64,000 nucleotides of DNA from a virus. Below are positions 53,580-61,928 of this stretch, in pieces. A program made the translations under genes and the position numbers. Under the pieces are notes generated by a model. That model was not told the origin of the DNA. It ran no database searches and was given only the letters and a program-made list of their open reading frames with translations. The stretch lies in the IMG/VR virus record IMGVR_UViG_3300037427_004270; one strand, given 5' to 3'. Within the stretch, counting starts at the first letter, position 1. Each line of letters starts with the position of its first letter.

Positions 53580-54668
53580 TTAAGTCAAATCTTTCGTAAA
53601 AAACTCAAAACCATCTATTAATGCATCGTGAGCCAAATAATCATCATCGTGAGTTTTACAGTGAGCCGCGAAAAAGCCACAGTCTTGTTGTTTGGAAGTA
53701 GAATCTGTTGAATCCCAGCTTCTGTAATATTCGTCTGTGGCGTATATACGCACTGTCTCTCGCTTTGTCCATGTCTCGCTACCCAGGGCGTTTGCAATAG
53801 GGGCCGTATAAATTTCTACCTTGTCATGCCCCGATATTGGTGTTACGTCCATTCGAACATGATACCAGGTATTAAAAGAACCTGAAAAGATTTCAACATG
53901 CTTGCTGTTAACGCCTGGTAAGACGCTGTGGTTGATATTATTCGTTCGGTGGGCGTGGAACTTCAGGCGTGGAATTCTTGCACCTTTTACGCCAGCTTCA
54001 CTGGTTCCGCCAGTTGTTCCGTCGCTGTCGTCTCTCAAGGTTGACAAGGAGAGATAATACCCAGACATTCTTGGGTTGTAACTGCCGCCAGACGCATAGA
54101 AAGGATCGGTGGCATCTTCGTCAGCGTCGTGATAATAAGACGCACTTAGAGAGCCTGTTGGTGAGGCTGTATAGTCATTCTGTTGGTTTGTTCCTGGGCC
54201 GATGCCCTTGACGAAGATACCGATTTCTGAGCCTTGATTTCTCTCGTGGTTGGCGTTTATTGAGGAGTTGTCGTTGCCCAGTCTCAAGAAAGCTCGAATA
54301 CTGTAGGCAGTTCTGGTCCCTTCATTTGGAACTGTGTCCACTGGAAAGTCGCTTCCTGAGTCTGAGCCCGTTGTTACGAATGCTGCCACGAGGTGTGCCC
54401 TATGGTAGCTATTATTCGAAGGGTGACTGGCTTGTCCGTACATATAACCAAGGCAAAAGTCCCCCGCAGAGGCTGGTGCGGTGCCAGACAAGAAGGAATG
54501 TGGAACGACAGAGCCAAAAGCTGCTTCGCCGCCGCCCTCGTTGTTGTTGGCCCAACCAGCGCCTTGGTGTTGGCTTGCCAGTGCTGCCCATCGCTGAGCT
54601 GCATCGGTCGTGCCCGTACTGCCTATCCATGAGCCTGCGTATCTAAAATTTGAACGTGAAATTGCCAT
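53580..54668 (-). CDS. lectin/jelly-roll-like protein, paralog A1
   Basis: 362 aa; starts MAISRSNFRY; long stretches identical to A2. Confidence 0.85.
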   Translation of the reverse strand: MAISRSNFRYAGSWIGSTGTTDAAQRWAALASQHQGAGWANNNEGGGEAAFGSVVPHSFLSGTAPASAGDFCLGYMYGQASHPSNNSYHRAHLVAAFVTTGSDSGSDFPVDTVPNEGTRTAYSIRAFLRLGNDNSSINANHERNQGSEIGIFVKGIGPGTNQQNDYTASPTGSLSASYYHDADEDATDPFYASGGSYNPRMSGYYLSLSTLRDDSDGTTGGTSEAGVKGARIPRLKFHAHRTNNINHSVLPGVNSKHVEIFSGSFNTWYHVRMDVTPISGHDKVEIYTAPIANALGSETWTKRETVRIYATDEYYRSWDSTDSTSKQQDCGFFAAHCKTHDDDYLAHDALIDGFEFFTKDLT

Positions 54669-54683
54669 GTTACTTTTCTCCTA

Positions 54684-55757
54684 TTATACTATCTTTGAAT
54701 ATACCACCAAGCCATCAATGAAGGCGTCGTGGTTCTTATCTACTGCCGTTGCATTGGTGTCTCGCCAAGCAGAAACACAATATCCTATACCTTTGCGGTC
54801 AGCATTGACCCTGGGTAAATAGTGGCTGGTTCCCGCGAAACGATACTGGGTTGCAACTTTCGTCCAGGTTTCCGAGCCTACCGTATCGGTTGCTGGTGCT
54901 GTATATATTTCAATCTTGTCTGTTCCCGGAAATGGAGTAATATCCATTCTTATTCTATACCATTTGTTGTACTGGTATGTTCCTTGACACTTGTGAAATC
55001 TCGACCTGGCTGCGCCAGCACTGCTGCCGCCGTTGGTAGCATACTGTTGTGAGCCAAACAGGAGTCTCACTGTTTGAGCTCCTCTATTGGAATCTGAAAC
55101 ACTCGTACCGTCACCATCGGAGTCAATATCGCTGTTTCCCCAAGAGTAATGTTTCAGACTAGAGAGCATAAGAGTGTATCCTTGAAATTGGGTGCCATAG
55201 GCTGTAGTCTTATTGATAACCGTTCCAGCATAATCATCGCCATCGGAGTCATCTGTGTATTGAGTTGTCTGGGATGGCATGGTCGCATTGGTAAAGACGC
55301 CAATCGACGTTCCAAATGATGCCGAGTCTGCTGATCCGGTGTTGTCTGCTCCCAATCTGACCGTTGCTCTTATAGAGACAGCGGTGGCCGTTGTGCGTTT
55401 TCCTGATGAGTTTGCAAAGTTTGCTGATGCGCTCCAAGCAGAGCCGCTAGCTGGGTCCAGCCTTGCTCCCAATGATCTAGTTCCCAAGAAACCCATGCCA
55501 TACCAACCTACATTGTAGTTGTTTGTTGAGTATCTGTTGGCGCTGAAAAGCCATGCTCTTGCATAGTCTCCGCAAGTGGTTATTGAAGCACTGAGAGAGC
55601 TATGCAACTGAGACTGTCCTTCTGCTGCGTATCCGCCGTTGGTACTTCCGCCAGCGCCGTTGCCAGCTGCAATATCATATGCTATTTTTCTCACGCCGCC
55701 GTCGGTAGTGTCATTGCTTGTTCTATAACCTAGAAATCTAAAATCCTGTTTTGCCAT
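54684..55757 (-). CDS. lectin/jelly-roll-like protein, paralog B1
   Basis: 357 aa; starts MAKQDFRFLG; long stretches identical to B2. Confidence 0.85.
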   Translation of the reverse strand: MAKQDFRFLGYRTSNDTTDGGVRKIAYDIAAGNGAGGSTNGGYAAEGQSQLHSSLSASITTCGDYARAWLFSANRYSTNNYNVGWYGMGFLGTRSLGARLDPASGSAWSASANFANSSGKRTTATAVSIRATVRLGADNTGSADSASFGTSIGVFTNATMPSQTTQYTDDSDGDDYAGTVINKTTAYGTQFQGYTLMLSSLKHYSWGNSDIDSDGDGTSVSDSNRGAQTVRLLFGSQQYATNGGSSAGAARSRFHKCQGTYQYNKWYRIRMDITPFPGTDKIEIYTAPATDTVGSETWTKVATQYRFAGTSHYLPRVNADRKGIGYCVSAWRDTNATAVDKNHDAFIDGLVVYSKIV

Positions 55758-55782
55758 CTCTTGTTCCTCTCTTTAAAAGATT

Positions 55783-56895
55783 TTAACTGTTATCCCATCC
55801 TGCGGCGGTTTCGCCTATTGATGAACTAAACTCCAAATCTCCGCCTGACCACGTTACCGATGTCGCTGACGGGATATTATAATCTGTGTTTCCTGCTACC
55901 CAGTTTGCCTCAATTCTCTTGTGAGTGTTGTAAGTCCAAGTAGGTTCAGCTATATCAGTGGTGCCCCAGCCATGGCCAGTCTCACCCATTGACGCGCTAA
56001 ATTCTAACTCGCTGCCGCCGAAAGTAGGTGCGCTTGTTGCATGGATGTCCCAGTCGGTATCCCCTGCATTAAAACTGATAGGTCCAATTCTCTTATGAGA
56101 ACCATAAGTCCAAGTAGGTTCAGCGGGGTCTGTTGCACCGTATCCTTGGCCTGATTCGCCCATTGCACTGCTAAACTCCAAATCTCCGCCTGCCCACGTT
56201 ACCGATGTCGTTGACGGGATATTATAATCTGTGTTTCCTGCTACCCAGTTTGCCTCAATTCTCTTGTGAGTATTGTAAGTCCAGGTAGGTTCAGCTACAT
56301 CAGTGGTGCCCCAGCCTTGGCCAGTCTCGCCCATTGATGAACTAAATTCTAGCTCACTGCCACCGAAAGTAGGTGCGCTTGTTGCATGGATGTCCCAGTC
56401 GGTATCTCCTGCATTAAAAAGTGTATATAATTGTCTGGTGAATGTTCTCGGAACTGTTACTAAATTGTCAGTAAACCAGTTGCCATTTCTGCAGTAATAC
56501 ATCGTTGCGCCTTTGGCAAAATATTGAGCTGCATCATTACTAACAGCAACAGAGCCGCCGTTGGCAATTGCCCCTTTGGTCAGGCCCTTTGAGCTATTCA
56601 TGTAAAAAACATATCCATTGTAGTTAGATGGGGTGCCTGCTAAGGTGTTTAAGATTGATATGTCGCCTTCCGAACTGCTCTCGTATAAAGGAATACGAAA
56701 CATGCCACTAACAATGGCTCCTTGGCCAGTTAAGGCGTTCTGGTTAGTGCCGCCGTCAAATTCTACTGAAGCTGAAATTTCAACTACTCTGTTGTCGCCT
56801 CCTGCCGCAAGGACAAGAGAGCCATCATCTTTCATGATGTGAACCGAAGTACCGGAGCCTGTGGTTACTTGTAGTGTTGTTTTCTTATATCCCAT
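55783..56895 (-). CDS. 370-aa fibre-family protein with C-terminal Trp/Glu-rich repeats
   Basis: N-terminal ~150 aa are paralogous to the 145-aa protein, followed by four ~57-aa repeats. Confidence 0.85.
   Translation of the reverse strand: MGYKKTTLQVTTGSGTSVHIMKDDGSLVLAAGGDNRVVEISASVEFDGGTNQNALTGQGAIVSGMFRIPLYESSSEGDISILNTLAGTPSNYNGYVFYMNSSKGLTKGAIANGGSVAVSNDAAQYFAKGATMYYCRNGNWFTDNLVTVPRTFTRQLYTLFNAGDTDWDIHATSAPTFGGSELEFSSSMGETGQGWGTTDVAEPTWTYNTHKRIEANWVAGNTDYNIPSTTSVTWAGGDLEFSSAMGESGQGYGATDPAEPTWTYGSHKRIGPISFNAGDTDWDIHATSAPTFGGSELEFSASMGETGHGWGTTDIAEPTWTYNTHKRIEANWVAGNTDYNIPSATSVTWSGGDLEFSSSIGETAAGWDNS
55786..56418. repeat. 345-bp higher-order coding repeat (a-b-a-b units)
   Basis: FNAGDTDWDIHATSAPTFGG starts at 56418 and 56073; alternates with WVAGNTDYNIPS units. 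Confidence 0.9.
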
Positions 56896-56950
56896 GCTTC
56901 CATTCCTCCAGGGCGCGTTTGAACGAGAACCTACCTCGCATAGTTACAAG

Positions 56951-56959
56951 TTAAATAGT
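56951..56959 (-). promoter_or_regulatory. putative late promoter motif ACTATTTAA
   Basis: Intergenic, upstream of the 370-aa gene. Confidence 0.5.
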
Positions 56960-56988
56960 AGGAAACAAGGTACAATTCCTTATTTTTT

Positions 56989-59979
56989 TTAGCCGCAATG
57001 ATAAGTGCAGCCCACAAAGGCTGCGCGGTAGGTCGATCCGTCATGAGAGATCTCAACACATTCGTAACTGCTGGAATTTAAGTCAAAGTCACAATCTTGT
57101 GTTATCTTTGCAACAGTGTAGTTGTGAAGCAAGTCATCATCTTGTTTCATGCCGTATCCCGGAATTTCACAAGTGGTGATATAATCTCCATTCTCTAGGT
57201 TGCCATTGATGTTGCTAATCCAAACACCGCCCTCGCCGAGTGAGTTGATATAAAGTCTATTATCAGAAGAATCGCTCTTCTCCATGATAGTGGTATAGAT
57301 GCCATGCTTGTAAGTTCTTGTAGCTTCATTCTCGTCTTCTGAGTCTGACACAACACCGAAAACAGATTTCTGGTTTCTAGCCGTTGCAAGCTTTACTTTT
57401 GGAATTGCCTCATTGATAGATATGTTTGAGTTGGCAGGTGTTAGGTTCGAGTACGTCCCGTCACTAATAACAATCTTGCCAACGCTTGAGGAGAGAGATG
57501 TGTAAGAAGTTGAGTCAGATGGTGTGCACCTGTGTTGGCCTGTAAAGGTAATGTTGTTTACATCAGCACCATCATCTAGATATCCTTTCGAGGAACCATT
57601 GAAAGAGAAGTTCAAATTCTCCGCTGTAGAATGCCAAAGCGTCCAAGTGTCGTCATTTCCAGACTGAATTATTGATAATCCACCAAGGTTTGCGGCATCA
57701 GCACCCTGCTTGACCTGTAGCATTCCCTCATCGGTTTGATAGTCGATGCCCACATATACCCTTCCGGAGTCCACAATTCCCATTCTTAGGGTGCCTGCGA
57801 CGTTGTAGTCCGTGTTGTCTGGCTTAGTGTAGAAGTACATATTTGCACCCTTGTCACTGGAGCCCATTGTTTCTCCTGCCGTTGCAACGATATATGCAGC
57901 AGGATCACCACCGTCGATGCCGCCATCGGTGGTGTCCCATCCTATTCTACCAAGCTCGTCTCCGAGGGTAGTCGTAGCATCACTACGAACTAAAGTCAGT
58001 CGTCCACCAGAGGAATTATCTATTTGTAAATCTACTTGTGGACTGTCTGTTCCTATGCCTATTTTGCCGTCATTCTTGATCCTCATCCGCTCGGTATTAT
58101 TCGTGCCGAAGTAAAGATCGTAGTTAGCCGATACATTCAGATAAGTGTTGCCGTCGGTATTTATAGAATTGCCGTCAATGTGCATATTGGTGCTACTGTC
58201 TGTTATTTTTACTCCGGCGTTGGCCAAAGTAAGGCTTCCAATGTCACCAACTGTAGCGTTCTTTGTGACATGCAACTGCGTTCCTACTGCGACACCACTA
58301 TCGTTGATGTGCAAAGAATCTGCTGCAGCATCTCTGTCTATCCTGAAAATGTTCGTATCTGAAGTACTATTATTTCTCATTCCGACATTCAGCATGCCGT
58401 TACCAAATCCAGATGCAGCATCGCCGTCATAATCCATGAACGCGCCGTAATTCATTACCTGGCTATCATCAGTATCTTCTGCAAATTCAAGTCTTGCTGA
58501 AAAGTTAGAAGCTGCTGCTGCATCTGCGCCTAGACGAAGTGAGACTGTTCCGCCGTCTGCGTCTCCCTCGATTGATAAGTTTGCAGCCGGAGTGGTTGTG
58601 CCTATGCCAACCCTGTTATTCGAGGAGTCCACATGAAGGGTGTCTGTATCAACTGTGAGTCCTGTGGAAACAATAGTGCCATCTACATCTAGTTCATGAG
58701 CCGGGGAACCTACTCCGTTAATTCCCACCCTGCCCGTAGAGGCGTCACATATGAATAGCGGGTTGCCTTGGTTGGAGCCGTTACCCTTGACAACAAAGTC
58801 AACATTGTTACCACCATCATTGATAGTAACTTCATGAGGAGCAGATCCTTTCTCCTCCATCGTGACCATTGCTTTGCCGCCGGCTTTGAGGATTATCTTG
58901 TCATCGGCGAAGTTGATGAGTGTGTTAGTATCTCCATTGTGGTAGATGTACTGATCGAGCACAAGATCGCCGGCGATGGTGGCAGTTCCAGATTCAAGCT
59001 TCAACACTTCATCGTTTGCATTTCCGCAATGAACTCTTACTTCCTCATCCATGAGTCGTATTTTTGTGGTGGTGCTGCTATCTGTTTTTCGCCTAATTAC
59101 GTCTACATATGCATCATCAAACTCTAAGCCGTTTCCCTTCCCATAGTATGCTGATGCTGAAACTGGCGCAGTAGAATAGAGCGCATATGGAGCTGGAGTG
59201 AATTCGATGGCATCGATTGCTAGATCGCTTCTATAACCGCCAGTGGTGTACCCATTGATGCGGATGTGCAGAGCAGAGCCCAAATACGAAGTTAGGTCCA
59301 CTTCTCCCCTCTTCCAGGCATCACCCTGATTGGCTTGCTGTTCTCCAGAAATTGAAGATACTGCAGAAGGTGAACCATCTGCATCTTTAGTTATTGTCAT
59401 TCCCGTCCAAGAAGAGCCGTCTGTACTCGCAGAGATATGAAGGCTGCCCATATCGTCACCATGCATGTGATAATAAAAAGACATTTTACCAATTTCAGAA
59501 GCTTCTGCTGCTGTAAAGCTTCTCTGCATGACATAAAATACGTTTGACCCATCATTATTCGCGGTTTGGGCGGCGGAAGCCTCGGCAAAAACGTAGTTGC
59601 TACCGGAGTGTGGTCCGGTGGGTCCGGTGGTGCCAGATGGTGTACCGCCGTCGCTGGTCTGCCACTCGTAGCCGTTTGCTATAGTTTGCCCAGTCTTTGA
59701 GCCTGCACCGTTAGTCCAAGTGCCATTCGATGATGGGTTTCCTGGTGATACCAGATCTGCTGTCAGGCCATCAAAGCTTTCTCGGTAAAGTGTTGTGCTG
59801 GTGTTATATGCAGTTGGTGGCATTCCCTTAATGCGACCAATAATTTCCTGAGAGCCTGTCATGGCGATTACATCAGTGCCATCATTGCCGATTTTAATAC
59901 TGCCAGAAGCATACATGACGAAGCCGTAATTACCGCTGCCGTCCTTGTAGCCTAGAGCCCTATTTCTGTTTCCCGACAT
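56989..59979 (-). CDS. 996-aa fibre protein with N-terminal MAM-like domain and C-terminal FTGQH...GCTYHCG domain
   Basis: MAM-like GPHSGSNYVFAEAS...SFYYHMHGDDMGSL...QGDAWKRGEVDL...DLAIDAIEF; RVGIGT / ERMRI..DGKIGIGT fibre repeats; terminal chaperone-like domain. Confidence 0.8.
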   Translation of the reverse strand: MSGNRNRALGYKDGSGNYGFVMYASGSIKIGNDGTDVIAMTGSQEIIGRIKGMPPTAYNTSTTLYRESFDGLTADLVSPGNPSSNGTWTNGAGSKTGQTIANGYEWQTSDGGTPSGTTGPTGPHSGSNYVFAEASAAQTANNDGSNVFYVMQRSFTAAEASEIGKMSFYYHMHGDDMGSLHISASTDGSSWTGMTITKDADGSPSAVSSISGEQQANQGDAWKRGEVDLTSYLGSALHIRINGYTTGGYRSDLAIDAIEFTPAPYALYSTAPVSASAYYGKGNGLEFDDAYVDVIRRKTDSSTTTKIRLMDEEVRVHCGNANDEVLKLESGTATIAGDLVLDQYIYHNGDTNTLINFADDKIILKAGGKAMVTMEEKGSAPHEVTINDGGNNVDFVVKGNGSNQGNPLFICDASTGRVGINGVGSPAHELDVDGTIVSTGLTVDTDTLHVDSSNNRVGIGTTTPAANLSIEGDADGGTVSLRLGADAAAASNFSARLEFAEDTDDSQVMNYGAFMDYDGDAASGFGNGMLNVGMRNNSTSDTNIFRIDRDAAADSLHINDSGVAVGTQLHVTKNATVGDIGSLTLANAGVKITDSSTNMHIDGNSINTDGNTYLNVSANYDLYFGTNNTERMRIKNDGKIGIGTDSPQVDLQIDNSSGGRLTLVRSDATTTLGDELGRIGWDTTDGGIDGGDPAAYIVATAGETMGSSDKGANMYFYTKPDNTDYNVAGTLRMGIVDSGRVYVGIDYQTDEGMLQVKQGADAANLGGLSIIQSGNDDTWTLWHSTAENLNFSFNGSSKGYLDDGADVNNITFTGQHRCTPSDSTSYTSLSSSVGKIVISDGTYSNLTPANSNISINEAIPKVKLATARNQKSVFGVVSDSEDENEATRTYKHGIYTTIMEKSDSSDNRLYINSLGEGGVWISNINGNLENGDYITTCEIPGYGMKQDDDLLHNYTVAKITQDCDFDLNSSSYECVEISHDGSTYRAAFVGCTYHCG

Positions 59980-60395
59980 TAACCAACTCCAGCAGAACCA
60001 GACCAGTTTGTATGAAGCTCATCTGTCGGAATGGAGGTCAGTCCAGCAACGATATCGACGGAATCAGTTACCGCAGAGCCGTGAGAAAGAAGGAAGATAT
60101 CCTTAACCTTTATCTCCATTCTCGACATATCTGTGGGGGTAGTGTTCCCCTTATGTACGGTAAAATAGTTTGTGCCCTCGACTCCGGCCTTGGAAAAACC
60201 AACTCTTATGTTTTGGTTGGAGCGGTTAATAACCGTGAACCATCGAGTGACATGTGGGAAAGATATTTGAGTGGCATCACCATTGCTCGCCTCTACATCC
60301 ACACTGCCTGTTGCAAACGGAATACCAGATACCTGATATGCTGCCGTTGTCTTTAGGCCATTTTGGTGTTTAAATTGTTTTGGATCATATGACAT
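59979..60395 (-). CDS. small putative virion structural / decoration protein
   Basis: 138 aa, beta-rich (AYQVSGIPF, ISFPHVTRWFTVIN, IRVGFS); located in the head module. Confidence 0.7.
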   Translation of the reverse strand: MSYDPKQFKHQNGLKTTAAYQVSGIPFATGSVDVEASNGDATQISFPHVTRWFTVINRSNQNIRVGFSKAGVEGTNYFTVHKGNTTPTDMSRMEIKVKDIFLLSHGSAVTDSVDIVAGLTSIPTDELHTNWSGSAGVG

Positions 60396-60400
60396 TGTTT

Positions 60401-60610
60401 TTACCTCGCAAGTTCTTTCTTTTTCTTCTTCTGAGCATCTCTAATGGCTTTTTGCTTTGCTAATCTCTTAACATCAGAAGGTTTTTTATAAAATCTTTTT
60501 TGTTTCACTGCATCAACAATCTTTGACTTTTTTGTCTTTTTCATGAACCTCTTAATAAGAGCCTCTACGCTCTCTCCTTTACGCAGCTTTACACTAAAGT
60601 TTTGAGACAT
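60401..60610 (-). CDS. rpsU: ribosomal protein bS21 homolog
   Basis: 69 aa, basic: VKLRKGESVEALIKRFMKK...KRFYKKPSDVKR. Confidence 0.88.
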   Translation of the reverse strand: MSQNFSVKLRKGESVEALIKRFMKKTKKSKIVDAVKQKRFYKKPSDVKRLAKQKAIRDAQKKKKKELAR

Positions 60611-60611
60611 C

Positions 60612-61010
60612 CTATACCAACTTTCTCCAGTTAGGGTTTACAAAAGAACTAATGTCTACACCAGTATCACTCGGATCAACATCCGAAAGTGCATTTCCAG
60701 CGCCAGCCTGTGGGCTTCTCGCTGCAGGAGCAGGCGTTGTTCCCTCAAAAATATTAACACCATTGAATCTCTCTGAGCCCATAGACTCTAACATCTTCTC
60801 CCTGACTTCTTTCATCTTCTTTTTTTCGACTCTAGGTAGAGCTTTTTGCTCTTTTATCTCTTTTGGCTCTTGTGTCTTTTCGCTGGGAGTTTCTATTCCT
60901 TCGGAAATCTGCTGCACTACTTTTGTCAACAAACCCTCTTCTAGAAGCATCTCGCTTATACACTCTTTAATAATTGGCTTTAAAACCTCTGTCAACTTCT
61001 TCTTATTCAT
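60612..61010 (-). CDS. hypothetical prohead/internal protein
   Basis: ATG at 61010 overlaps the upstream stop; N-terminal KKLTEVLKPIIKE motif. Confidence 0.7.
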   Translation of the reverse strand: MNKKKLTEVLKPIIKECISEMLLEEGLLTKVVQQISEGIETPSEKTQEPKEIKEQKALPRVEKKKMKEVREKMLESMGSERFNGVNIFEGTTPAPAARSPQAGAGNALSDVDPSDTGVDISSFVNPNWRKLV

Positions 61011-61272
61011 TGATCGCACCCATATCCCCAAGGCCGTCTTCTAGTTCTGGTGTTGGTTCTTCTTTTCTAGCTATTGACTTCAGGCCTCTATATAGGTCTT
61101 CGCATTCTTGTTCAGATGGTAAAACCGGAGGCTCTCTAAGTAGGCCCTGTGCTACGGTCGCGAGCATGCCTTTTACGCTATCTAAAGATGCGTCGTTTTC
61201 GGTAATTTCGGAAGAGAAGTTCTCTACCTCTTCTTTTATGATTTGTTTTAATCTGCCCTTAGTTATTTTCAT
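61003..61272 (-). CDS. hypothetical prohead/internal protein
   Basis: 89 aa, acidic, with N-terminal MKITKGRLKQIIKEE. Confidence 0.7.
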   Translation of the reverse strand: MKITKGRLKQIIKEEVENFSSEITENDASLDSVKGMLATVAQGLLREPPVLPSEQECEDLYRGLKSIARKEEPTPELEDGLGDMGAINE

Positions 61273-61891
61273 TTCTGTGTCTCCATAAGATATTGTTTAA
61301 GCTTCTAAAAACATTGTCTTGTTTGTTATAAACGTTTGTCTCTTTCGATTCCTTCATCATCATAAAAGCTCCTGGCGTTGATGGCTCGGAAACGAAGTCA
61401 AAGCAAATAAGTTGGAAGTCGTCTTGGACTTGTGAGATAGGGCCGTCTGGGGATTGTACCGTAGTGACAGAGCCCATTCCTCTCGATGAAATACCCATCT
61501 TACATTCAGCGGCAACGAGGGACTTTAAAATCTTTCCAGATGGTGTGTCAAGAACTTTTACCTTGCCCATAACGGCGTCGCCGTCCCACCAAACAGAAGT
61601 CACCATATGAGATACATTTGCGAGGTTTACAATGGATGAGTCTGGGTGGTCTAATTCTCCCAAAGCTCTATTATCCTCTACCACTCTTTGGTAGTTTTCC
61701 ATTTCTCTTTTCAGAACTTCTTCTGAATATACACGGTTGTTTCCGTTCTTCACGTTACACTTTTGCATAATGCCGACCAAATACAGGGCACCATGCTCTT
61801 TCATGTCTCTCTTCTCTGCCTCGGTCAACATGTCAGCGCATGTGTTACCGTCGCAAAGTTCATAATATTCTCGAAGTAAATACTTAGTCAT
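61259..61891 (-). CDS. prohead protease (T4 gp21-like)
   Basis: KNGNNRVY, ALGELDHP (His), GISSRGMGS (Ser), FDFVSEPSTPGA. Confidence 0.93.
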   Translation of the reverse strand: MTKYLLREYYELCDGNTCADMLTEAEKRDMKEHGALYLVGIMQKCNVKNGNNRVYSEEVLKREMENYQRVVEDNRALGELDHPDSSIVNLANVSHMVTSVWWDGDAVMGKVKVLDTPSGKILKSLVAAECKMGISSRGMGSVTTVQSPDGPISQVQDDFQLICFDFVSEPSTPGAFMMMKESKETNVYNKQDNVFRSLNNILWRHRNENN

Positions 61892-61928
61892 ATCTTATCC
61901 TCTCAAAGACGGGCACGACCCGTCCGAG

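Noticed and set aside
51360-55757. Diversity-generating retroelement or shufflon
   Set aside because: No reverse transcriptase or recombinase is present. Differences between paralogs include indels and all base types rather than adenine-specific changes, and no flanking inverted repeats were seen.
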